The translations under genes were made by a program, and so were the position numbers. The notes under the pieces were generated by a model. It worked only from the letters and a program-made list of their open reading frames with translations. It was not told the DNA's origin and searched no databases. A stretch of DNA of 47,891 nucleotides. Source: a virus (taxonomy: Duplodnaviria > Caudoviricetes). Where the stretch lies: positions 1 through 47,891 of IMG/VR virus record IMGVR_UViG_3300043493_000024; one strand, 5' to 3'. Positions within the stretch are counted from its first letter, which is position 1; each line of letters begins with the position of its first letter. Positions 25,649 to 33,995 of this stretch are shown in pieces.

Positions 25649-26256
25649 TGGCGTTAGATGCAACAGTCGGCGGTGCTAACGCAAATAGCTATTTAACGGT
25701 TACGGAAGCAACCGCATATTTTGCAACGCGATTGTATAGTAGTGTATGGACCGCTGCTAGCAACGGCGATAAGGAAGCCGCGTTGATTTGGGCAACGCGG
25801 CTTATTGATGCAAAAATAAAACCCGAATGGGACCAAAAAGAATTTCCACAAGACGCAACCATTCGCCGCATATCAACGATAACAGCGGATGGTCAATGTT
25901 TCATTTGTTGGAATGGCGCGGCAACTGACAATGTGCAAGCGTTAGCGTGGCCGCGTACTGGAATGAAAAATAAGAACGGATATGACATTTTATCGAATGT
26001 GATTCCACAACAGCTAAAAGATGTGACTTGTGAGCTAGCTTTATTGCTGCTTACAGGTGATCGCACGGCTGAAAATGAAATAGATGTTTTAGGTCTTACC
26101 GGCATTAAAGCGGGTCCGGTTGAATTAAGTTTCAAAAATACAATTGAGCAAGCGAAAATATTGCCAATAGCGGTAATTGATTTGCTTGTACCTAGTTGGT
26201 ATTTTGTTTTCATGTTGGACCCTTCCGCAACTAGAACACTATTCAAGGTGCTATGA
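25648..26256 (+). CDS. Head-tail adaptor (DnaT-like family)
   Basis: GGANANSYLTV, KEAALIWATRLID, QALAWPR, IPQQLKDVTCELAL. Confidence 0.8.
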   Translation: MALDATVGGANANSYLTVTEATAYFATRLYSSVWTAASNGDKEAALIWATRLIDAKIKPEWDQKEFPQDATIRRISTITADGQCFICWNGAATDNVQALAWPRTGMKNKNGYDILSNVIPQQLKDVTCELALLLLTGDRTAENEIDVLGLTGIKAGPVELSFKNTIEQAKILPIAVIDLLVPSWYFVFMLDPSATRTLFKVL

Positions 26257-26426
26257 TGAATGATGATTTTCCCTTAGCTGACGAAAACATCGCGAAGTTG
26301 CGCGCACACTTACAAGCACCGTGCGAAGCAGGGCAACATTTTGATAAGTTGTGCTGTGCTGTAATGTTGCTTGCTGATATGATTTTAGAAGATGTGCAAA
26401 AAGATCGCGCGGAACAAAAAAAATAA
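26253..26426 (+). CDS. Small hypothetical protein (57 aa), not in the ORF track
   Basis: MMNDDFPLADENIAKLRAHL...; overlaps both neighbours. Confidence 0.55.
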   Translation: MMNDDFPLADENIAKLRAHLQAPCEAGQHFDKLCCAVMLLADMILEDVQKDRAEQKK

Positions 26427-26809
26427 TGGGTCTTGCATCCATCATAGCAAATGGAATAGCAAAAGCCGATAGGATTACGGCTGATTTGCAACCGAATGTT
26501 TTACATGAAGCATGGACCGGGCAAGATGAATTTGGTACAGCAACGTATGCCGCTGGCGTGAATCGCGCGGCAATTGTTGAAAAGAAAACAAAGCTAGTTA
26601 CCAACAATGCGGGGATTGAAGTCAAGGCGGAAACGCTCATTTCCATTATTCGCCCCGTGCTCGCCAATGGCGCGGCAGGACGGCAGGAACCTATCGACCC
26701 TAGAGACCGTTTCACGCTACCGGATGGGTCTACAGGGCCGGTAATGGCCATTGAGGGGCTTATCGACCGGACGACCGGAGCGCCCTTCTATTCTCAGGTA
26801 TGGCTTTAA
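26426..26809 (+). CDS. Head closure protein
   Basis: GQDEFGTATY, IDPRDRFTLPDG; synteny. Confidence 0.7.
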   Translation: MGLASIIANGIAKADRITADLQPNVLHEAWTGQDEFGTATYAAGVNRAAIVEKKTKLVTNNAGIEVKAETLISIIRPVLANGAAGRQEPIDPRDRFTLPDGSTGPVMAIEGLIDRTTGAPFYSQVWL

Positions 26810-27222
26810 TGGTGACAACCGCAGAACAACGTCACAAGCGGGATATAAAAGTTGTATTAGACAACTTGAATCATGCTGTGGAAAATATTAAAGGTCAGAC
26901 AGTTGGCGGATTGTTGGCAGGTGGTTTGATCGTGCAACGCGAAGCACAGAAGCATGTACCAGTTGAATACGGAAACTTACGAGGTAGTGCGTACACGCGG
27001 CGCGCAATGGATAACTCACTAGCTGTTGAAATTGGATTCACTGCAAACTATGCAATTTTTGTGCATGAAAATTTGAACATAAAGCACGCTGGCGAACCGC
27101 GTCCTAGCGGATTAGGTGTGTTTTGGGGTCCGCAAGGCGAACCGAAGTTTTTAGAACATGCACTCACTAACAAACATGCAGAAATTCTTGACGCAATAGT
27201 AAAACGGGCAAAGATCGCATAA
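26809..27222 (+). CDS. HK97 gp10-like tail completion protein
   Basis: VPVEYGNLRGSA, IGFTANYAIFVHE, PKFLEHAL. Confidence 0.85.
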   Translation: MVTTAEQRHKRDIKVVLDNLNHAVENIKGQTVGGLLAGGLIVQREAQKHVPVEYGNLRGSAYTRRAMDNSLAVEIGFTANYAIFVHENLNIKHAGEPRPSGLGVFWGPQGEPKFLEHALTNKHAEILDAIVKRAKIA

Positions 27223-27428
27223 TGGCGCGCATATCACATAATGATAAAGCTGCGCGCGGTAAAAATGTTTTTCTTGATGGCATTTTGCAAAAAAATGTAC
27301 GTTGGTTTGATATTGAACGCGGAGAAATTGAAAAAGTAAAAATTGATAGGAATGGAAATATTGTTTTGAATGCGGACAAAAGCGCCGTTGAACTTGAAAT
27401 TGTACGCGGCGTTGTGACGGTGATTTAA
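27222..27428 (+). CDS. Small hypothetical protein
   Basis: TAATG coupling on both sides. Confidence 0.6.
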   Translation: MARISHNDKAARGKNVFLDGILQKNVRWFDIERGEIEKVKIDRNGNIVLNADKSAVELEIVRGVVTVI

Positions 27429-27811
27429 TGGCAACACCTGCCCACACTATTGCAACATTTCTTGCGGCTGCAAGTGTGGGCACACTTGGCGGAACTGCGG
27501 CATGGTCAATATTTGTAGCGCGTGAACCCGTAACACCGGCTGACGTGATTACGCTTTATGATTATGACGGCGGTGAACCTGATACGGACCAATTGGATTT
27601 GTTACCGCGAGTGCAAGTGCGTACACGTAGTGGTGATTACGCAGCATCATATGCAAAGCATGAAACAATCCGCGATTTGTTGATTCTCAATTCTCCGGTT
27701 GCGGGTTTCGTTGACGTGCAACTAATATCCGGTCCTATGGCGATTGGTTATGATGAAAATAATCGCCATTTGATAACTGCAAACTATCGCGCAATCAAAC
27801 AACGGAGTTAA
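27428..27811 (+). CDS. Tail terminator
   Basis: ITLYD, PRVQVRTR, GYDENNRH...ANY; directly precedes the tail tube gene. Confidence 0.78.
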   Translation: MATPAHTIATFLAAASVGTLGGTAAWSIFVAREPVTPADVITLYDYDGGEPDTDQLDLLPRVQVRTRSGDYAASYAKHETIRDLLILNSPVAGFVDVQLISGPMAIGYDENNRHLITANYRAIKQRS

Positions 27812-27815
27812 GGCG

Positions 27816-28208
27816 ATGGCAAACGCAATGGTCGGTCGTAGTATTATTTTGTTGTGGGGCGCTACTGCAATTGCTGGCGTTAGACAAAAAAGCGTTAAGT
27901 GTAACGGAACGCCTGTTGATATTACATCGGATGATGATGCTGGATGGCGCAAATTGTTGACGGTTAGCGGCGAAGATATGATTGACTTGGATTTGTCGGG
28001 AGTTACCAAGTCACAAGCTTTGAAGTCTGATTTTTTTGCTGGCACGCGCACAAAAGCAGTATCGCTTACATATCCTAGCGGTGGTGTGCTTGCCGGAACA
28101 TTCTATATGGGTAGTTATGAAGATACCGGCGAGCATAAGGGGGAAGTTACATTTTCGCTCAAATTGCAATCCTCCGGTGTTGTTACTTGGATTCCGGGCA
28201 GTAGCTAA
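27816..28208 (+). CDS. Major tail tube protein (GTA/TP901-1-like)
   Basis: IAGVRQKS...VDITSDDDAGWRKLL, VTFSLKLQSSG. Confidence 0.85.
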   Translation: MANAMVGRSIILLWGATAIAGVRQKSVKCNGTPVDITSDDDAGWRKLLTVSGEDMIDLDLSGVTKSQALKSDFFAGTRTKAVSLTYPSGGVLAGTFYMGSYEDTGEHKGEVTFSLKLQSSGVVTWIPGSS

Positions 28209-28603
28209 TGGGTAGTATCTTTAAGGAAGTAACCTTAGCTTGGGATGGGAAAGAGTACAAAATTCCAAGTGATAAGGTTATGGGTGCAATTGCGTGTGTA
28301 GAGCAACACGTAACGTTGCATGAATTATATTTAGGTTCGGCTACTGGCGCGGTCAAGTTGTCTAATTTATCTGCCGCATATGCAGCCGTTCTTACATATG
28401 CGGACGCAAAAGGTGCTACGCAAGAGGCTGTATATGCGTCAATGTTCGGGCAAGATACCGGACGCGACATAATTTTTGAGGCAATACGCGGTTTGCTTGT
28501 GATGATGATTCCGCCGCAAGACTTGCAAAAGGAAACTACGGACCCAAAAGCGAACAGACAAATTCGACGGGCCGTTACGAGTTTGTCAAAGAAGCGTACA
28601 TAG
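28208..28603 (+). CDS. Tail assembly chaperone (G)
   Basis: Lies between tube and tape measure genes; contains a slippery heptamer. Confidence 0.8.
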   Translation: MGSIFKEVTLAWDGKEYKIPSDKVMGAIACVEQHVTLHELYLGSATGAVKLSNLSAAYAAVLTYADAKGATQEAVYASMFGQDTGRDIIFEAIRGLLVMMIPPQDLQKETTDPKANRQIRRAVTSLSKKRT

Positions 28604-28773
28604 CGGCCGTATGTGTTTGGAAAATTCAACCTTCGGAATTTTGGAGGATGCATCCAACGGAATTTTGGTGGCAAGCTAGGTTTCATACGCCGGTTAAGAT
28701 GTACGGCGATCTAACGGAAGATGATGTTGACGAGCTATCTAGGGACTTAGAAAAATGGCAGAACAATCCCTAG
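28543..28773 (+). CDS. -1 frameshift extension of the tail assembly chaperone (GT)
   Basis: C-CCA-AAA at 28543-28549 in the correct phase; -1 frame open to TAG 28773, encoding VWKIQPSEFWRMHPTEFWW. Confidence 0.8.
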   Translation, partial: PKSEQTNSTGRYEFVKEAYIAAVCVWKIQPSEFWRMHPTEFWWQARFHTPVKMYGDLTEDDVDELSRDLEKWQNNP

Positions 28774-30854
28774 GTGGCGTAAAAGTTTACATAGGCGGTG
28801 ATGTTTCCGGGCTTGCTGTTGCATCGGCGCAAGCTGGCGGATTATTGCGCGGGTTAGATTCGCGCATTGACGCGACCATGCACAAGTTAGAATTATGGGG
28901 CGCGCTTATTCATGTTGTCGGCATTGCATTGGTCGAAAAATTTGCTGCGGCTGGTAAGCAGCTAGACGACACTGCAAAACAAATAGGAACGACAACAGAT
29001 AGGTTGCAAGCGTATCAATATGGCGCTGCAATTGCCGGTGTTGAAACTGGCGTTTTGACTGTAGCGTTTCAAAAATTCTCGCGCGAGCTTGGCGAATCTA
29101 GTGCGCAGATAACACCATTTCGGCAAGCGTTAGGCCAACTTGGAATCGATTTTCAAAATTTGAAAAAGTTGAAATTTGATGATGCGCTTGCGCTTGTGCA
29201 GGATCGTTTAAGTAAGATTGAAGATGTAACAAAGCGCAATAATATTGCATTTGATATTTTTGGCCGTACAGGTGTAAAGGCTGTGAATTTTCTTTCGTTA
29301 TCCGCCGATGCAATGGGGAAGTTTACAAAAGAAGCTGAAAAGGCTGGCGTGATAATTTCAAAAGATACAATACATAAAGCCGCAGAATTGTCCGATGAAT
29401 TTGACAAAATGGGGATTTCATTAAAGGCAACTAGCATTCGTATGTCTGCGGAATTTTTACCGGCTGCACAAAAGATTCGCGAGTTTTTGACTGACCCAAG
29501 CGTGCAAGCTGGCGCGGCAAATATTGCTAGATATATCGGAGAAATTGTAAAATATTTAGTTGATAATAAAGAAACTGTTTTGACTGTGATCGGTGCGCTT
29601 GGCGGTGCTATGGCTGGCGGTGCTGTGTTAGGTCGTTTAGGATCATACGGTAAATTATTAGGTGTTATTGGTGGCGGTGCCGTTGGTGCGAAGATGGCAC
29701 TTGATGGAATGAAAGATGAAATCACAAAATTAGACGATGAACTTTCAAACGCCGTTGATAAACTGCGGCAATGGCGCGATGCTGCGGAAAGTACAAATCC
29801 AATTGTAAAAAAGATGTTTACACCGGAGGAAATTGCAAAAAATATTAAGATACAAGAGGCATTAATTGATGATCTTACGAAACGATATAACGCCGCACAA
29901 AAAGCGGCAATGGCTGCCAGTAATGCTGCAAAATTAATTGTGCCTGTACATACTGACACACCTAACGGTCCTGCCGCTGTTCCTGTATTTCCTGAGATTT
30001 CAAAAGCTATTGAAGATACACGATTAAAAGGTATGCAATTGCGCAATGAGTTAAAAGGCATTGCAGAAGGTTTCCCGGATTTGCTTAAAGGTATGAATCT
30101 TAAAGACGTTGACGTGCTGAAAATGGTTTCCGATGGTGTGGGAAAAATTAGCGGACAATTCAAACAATTAAATGAGGAAATGGTAAAGAATGTTGAAATT
30201 CCAAATATTCAAAAGGCATTATTGACTGAAACTGAATTAATGCAATTGGAATTAGATAAGAGACTTGGATATTTGAAAACATATGAGGCTATGAAAACGG
30301 TAGAAGTTGGAAAGGCGGAAGCTATCCGAAACAAGCTAGTAGAAAAAAGCAATAACGATATGCGAGTAGCTACCGCAAAACAATATTCGGCACTTGCCAA
30401 CATTGTTGACACTTCATTGTCCCAAATTCGCGATCTAGTAGGTGATCGCGGCGGCGCGGCGTTTGAAATTATGAAGGGCATCAGTATGGCTACCGCCCTT
30501 GTAAAAGGGTACGAAGCGACTGTCAGTGCATACGCACAAGGGTCCGCTATTGGTGGTCCGATGGTCGGTGCTGCATTCGCTGCTATCGCTGCGGCTGGTA
30601 CTGCGGCTGTGATCGCCAAGCTTGCTATGACGCGACCGGGCGGGGCGCAAGAAACGCCTAGCGCGCCACCAACGGGTGGAGCGGAAGCGGCAACAACTAG
30701 TGCGGGCGGGAGCGGTGGCGGGGGAAATGGTGGTCAAACGATTTTCATTCAAGGTGTAAAGTCTGGCATGAATTATAGTGGCGATCAATTGCGCGAGTTG
30801 TTTAAGGCAATTAATTCCCACATTGCAGACGGCGGCAAGATTGTGATGGGATGA
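28755..30854 (+). CDS. Tape measure protein
   Basis: 699 aa, helical and Ala-rich, with hydrophobic Gly-rich segments; synteny. Confidence 0.88.
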   Translation: MAEQSLGGVKVYIGGDVSGLAVASAQAGGLLRGLDSRIDATMHKLELWGALIHVVGIALVEKFAAAGKQLDDTAKQIGTTTDRLQAYQYGAAIAGVETGVLTVAFQKFSRELGESSAQITPFRQALGQLGIDFQNLKKLKFDDALALVQDRLSKIEDVTKRNNIAFDIFGRTGVKAVNFLSLSADAMGKFTKEAEKAGVIISKDTIHKAAELSDEFDKMGISLKATSIRMSAEFLPAAQKIREFLTDPSVQAGAANIARYIGEIVKYLVDNKETVLTVIGALGGAMAGGAVLGRLGSYGKLLGVIGGGAVGAKMALDGMKDEITKLDDELSNAVDKLRQWRDAAESTNPIVKKMFTPEEIAKNIKIQEALIDDLTKRYNAAQKAAMAASNAAKLIVPVHTDTPNGPAAVPVFPEISKAIEDTRLKGMQLRNELKGIAEGFPDLLKGMNLKDVDVLKMVSDGVGKISGQFKQLNEEMVKNVEIPNIQKALLTETELMQLELDKRLGYLKTYEAMKTVEVGKAEAIRNKLVEKSNNDMRVATAKQYSALANIVDTSLSQIRDLVGDRGGAAFEIMKGISMATALVKGYEATVSAYAQGSAIGGPMVGAAFAAIAAAGTAAVIAKLAMTRPGGAQETPSAPPTGGAEAATTSAGGSGGGGNGGQTIFIQGVKSGMNYSGDQLRELFKAINSHIADGGKIVMG

Positions 30855-30855
30855 A

Positions 30856-31671
30856 ATGGCAGTCGTAATATCACGCGATTATGTTTTATCCTCGCCAACG
30901 TCTAGCGGTGACACGGAAACAAATGATAATCCTATTATCGGGTATAGGAACATTATAAATAGCTCAAATATTGTATCTGATTTTGCGAACTCTAGCTTTC
31001 CGGTTAGCAACCTTGTGAATCCTGCTACCAATTTGAAATGGAAATCAACTGTAGCAAGTTTACAATATATTACTATAACACCAACAATCAACGCTATAGA
31101 TTATGTTGCAATAGCTAGACATAATTTAGCAACATCATTTACTCCGATTTCAATAGAAGGTTTCGACGGTGTAACGTGGTCCGAATTAGTTTCTCCGGTT
31201 ATTTTAGCAGATGATCGTCCTGCTATTTTTAGGTTTCCATTGCAAAGCTTGCTGCAAGTGCGAATCAAGTTAGATGTTGGTTTTGACATTCCGTTTATTT
31301 CGGTTGTGTATTGCGGTGAATTATTAGTATTGCAGCGTCGAATTTATGTCGGACATATTCCTATTCCATTCGGGCGTGAAGATAACATTGTAAATGGAAA
31401 AAGTGAAAGTGGCGAGTTTCTAGGACGTATTGTATTAGGTTCTAGTGTATCTAATGCAGTGAGTTTGAAAAACATAACGCCGCTGTGGTATAGGGCATAT
31501 TTGGACCCTTTCATAGTATCGAGTAAAACAATACCATTCTTTTTTGCGTGGCGTCCTATGACATATCCCGAAGAAGTCGGTTATGCTTGGATTACAAATA
31601 ACCCGAAAGCGGTTAATCAGTCTGTAAACGGGTTTATGTCAATTGACTTGCAGTTGTCGGGTGTATCATAA
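30856..31671 (+). CDS. Distal tail-like protein
   Basis: First gene after the TMP; IDYVAIARHNL, PFFFAWRP. Confidence 0.65.
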   Translation: MAVVISRDYVLSSPTSSGDTETNDNPIIGYRNIINSSNIVSDFANSSFPVSNLVNPATNLKWKSTVASLQYITITPTINAIDYVAIARHNLATSFTPISIEGFDGVTWSELVSPVILADDRPAIFRFPLQSLLQVRIKLDVGFDIPFISVVYCGELLVLQRRIYVGHIPIPFGREDNIVNGKSESGEFLGRIVLGSSVSNAVSLKNITPLWYRAYLDPFIVSSKTIPFFFAWRPMTYPEEVGYAWITNNPKAVNQSVNGFMSIDLQLSGVS

Positions 31672-33995
31672 TGACACCTTTCGAGCGAAAATCATTAACG
31701 TATGTTGAAATAGATTTAGACCATTGCTCTTTAACATATGGTGTTGCACCTTGTACGGCTGCAATACCGACTACTGGCGCGATCAAGTGCTTTAACTCGT
31801 TAGGTACTTGTCAAGATCGCGCGAATTTTACAAACGTTCCGGTAATGGTTCGATTCGGAATGCGTGGCGTTAATTATTTGCCAAATACTATTGAGTGTAT
31901 TCCATCAATGATAGGTGTGAATTTTACACCGGCAACAGTGTCATTAGGTGTTGACCTTGGATTGCGCGCAACACTTGATGTTAGTTTCAAGGATCATCCT
32001 AGCAGCGATTTTGATGGCGGAATAGTGTGGGATAAATATTTATCAGAACGTACATATGATCCATTTAAGTTAGGAACATTTTTTGGAAAATTTCGAGCGC
32101 GTAATCCATTCTTACGCGGGCGCGCTATACGTTGGATTACAGGTTATGAAGGTCAAACGTTAGTCGAAATGGAAACGCGGCATTTCATTATTGAAAGTTT
32201 TGACGGACCTAAACCGGATGGTACTTATAGTATAACTGGAAAAGATATTTTCAAACTTGCTGACGGTGATCGCGCGCAGGCACCATTACTAAATCAAGGT
32301 TTTATTGTTGCTGATATAACCAATGTTGCAACGGCTGCAACGTTGTCACCAACTGGAATAGGGAATGCTGAATATCCTGCTAGTGGAACGCTCGCAATAG
32401 GCGGAAAAGAAATTGTAACGTTTACGCGGAGCGGCGATGTTTTGACACTAACTCGCGCACAGCACAACACGGTTGCGGTTGCTCACACTGCACAAGAAAA
32501 ATGTCAAGTTTGTTTGATATATACCGGGCAAAAAGTTTCGGCAATCATTCGAGATTTGTTCGTTACTTATGCCGGTGTTGATTCTGCATTCATTGATTTA
32601 ACGGCATGGGATATAGAAGATACTCGATATTTAGGGATCGTTTACACTGCTATTATTGCAAATCCAACGGCGGTTAGCGATCTTGTGTCAGAATTGATAA
32701 AGCAGGCTGCGCTTGTGCTTTGGTGGAATGATATAGAGGAAAAAATAGGGTTTCAAGTTTTGCGTGGCGTTGTGCCGGATGAAATTATATTTAATGAAAG
32801 CAATATGATTGCATCATCTTTCAATATAGAGGAACAACCTGATAAACGCATATCTCAAGTATGGACATTTTTTGCGCAAATAAATTCATTAACAACGTTG
32901 GACGATGAAGCAAATTACAGATCGGTGGCGTTGACAGTTGATTTGCAAGCGGAAGCGGATTACGGAACGCCAGCAATAGACAAAATATTTTCGCGGTGGA
33001 TTCCGGTTGGTGGTCGTGCTGTTGCATTGCGTTTGAATGATATTCAGTTAGGACGTTACCGCGATCCGCCTAGGGTAGTAAATTTTGAACTAATGCGTTA
33101 CAACGATAGTGGCGTTACATTAGCAAGAGGCTATAACGTCGGTTCATGGTTGCTGCAAGATGAAACGGGAGCATCTATTGATGTTCCAGTACAAGTTACG
33201 CGGTTAAATCCTACTGCAAGTAAAATGCGAATTGAAGCGGAAGAAATTTTATTTATTGTACCTGCTTTTGATTTAGCTAATAGGCAAATTACGATTGATG
33301 CAAATATCAACAATTTCAATTTGCGCACAGCGCATGATTCTATATATCCGCCACCACAGAGCGGCGATGTTGTCACTTGCACTATTGAAAGTGCTGTTAT
33401 CGTCGGTTCGGCTGACGTATTTCTAAATGCTTTTGAAGTTGGTGGTTGGCCTAGCGGTGTTATTATCAATATTGTGTTGCATGGTCGTATGCAGGGTTGC
33501 GGTGGTTATGGTGGTAAGGGTGCATATAACTCCGGTGTTGGATTTATAAACGGGGAAGCTGGTAAATTTGGCGGAACAGCATTTTTCACAACGTACCCAA
33601 TTGTTATGTCGGGAGCGGGTGAAATTTTCGGCGGTGGTGGCGGTGGTGGTGGCGGTGGTCATGGGTCATTAGGCTTTACAGTAAGTATAAGCGGCGGTGG
33701 CGGCGGTGGCGGCCGTGGCCAATTGCCGGGTAATGGTGGATCAATCTATAGTGCAGATTTTGCCGGTATTCCCGGCAGTGCTGGCACATCTGAAAGTGTT
33801 GGCATTGGTGGTAGCGGTGGTGCCGATAGCGGACGCGGCGGCGATGGTGGCGGCGCGGGAGCGGCGGGAGCTAATGGGATCGCGGGCGCGGGCGGGAGCG
33901 GTGGAGTCGGTGGCGCGGCTGGCACAGCTATTGACGGTAATAGCCACATAACGGGCGGCGGAAGTATCACGGTAACAGGTGCAAGGATCAATTAA
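31671..33995 (+). CDS. Tail tip/hub protein with a Gly-rich C-terminus
   Basis: N-terminal CSLTYGVAPCTA..KCFNSLGTCQD; poly-Gly C-terminal region. Confidence 0.75.
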   Translation: MTPFERKSLTYVEIDLDHCSLTYGVAPCTAAIPTTGAIKCFNSLGTCQDRANFTNVPVMVRFGMRGVNYLPNTIECIPSMIGVNFTPATVSLGVDLGLRATLDVSFKDHPSSDFDGGIVWDKYLSERTYDPFKLGTFFGKFRARNPFLRGRAIRWITGYEGQTLVEMETRHFIIESFDGPKPDGTYSITGKDIFKLADGDRAQAPLLNQGFIVADITNVATAATLSPTGIGNAEYPASGTLAIGGKEIVTFTRSGDVLTLTRAQHNTVAVAHTAQEKCQVCLIYTGQKVSAIIRDLFVTYAGVDSAFIDLTAWDIEDTRYLGIVYTAIIANPTAVSDLVSELIKQAALVLWWNDIEEKIGFQVLRGVVPDEIIFNESNMIASSFNIEEQPDKRISQVWTFFAQINSLTTLDDEANYRSVALTVDLQAEADYGTPAIDKIFSRWIPVGGRAVALRLNDIQLGRYRDPPRVVNFELMRYNDSGVTLARGYNVGSWLLQDETGASIDVPVQVTRLNPTASKMRIEAEEILFIVPAFDLANRQITIDANINNFNLRTAHDSIYPPPQSGDVVTCTIESAVIVGSADVFLNAFEVGGWPSGVIINIVLHGRMQGCGGYGGKGAYNSGVGFINGEAGKFGGTAFFTTYPIVMSGAGEIFGGGGGGGGGGHGSLGFTVSISGGGGGGGRGQLPGNGGSIYSADFAGIPGSAGTSESVGIGGSGGADSGRGGDGGGAGAAGANGIAGAGGSGGVGGAAGTAIDGNSHITGGGSITVTGARIN

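Noticed and set aside
22787-30619. Long antisense ORFs (e.g. 22787-23479, 24401-25204, 29153-30163)
   Set aside because: They are shadows of well-supported plus-strand structural genes and show no recognisable motifs
33620-33930. GGT/GGC tandem runs as a repeat array or CRISPR
   Set aside because: They encode the poly-Gly tail-tip region; no repeat-spacer structure was seen anywhere in the window
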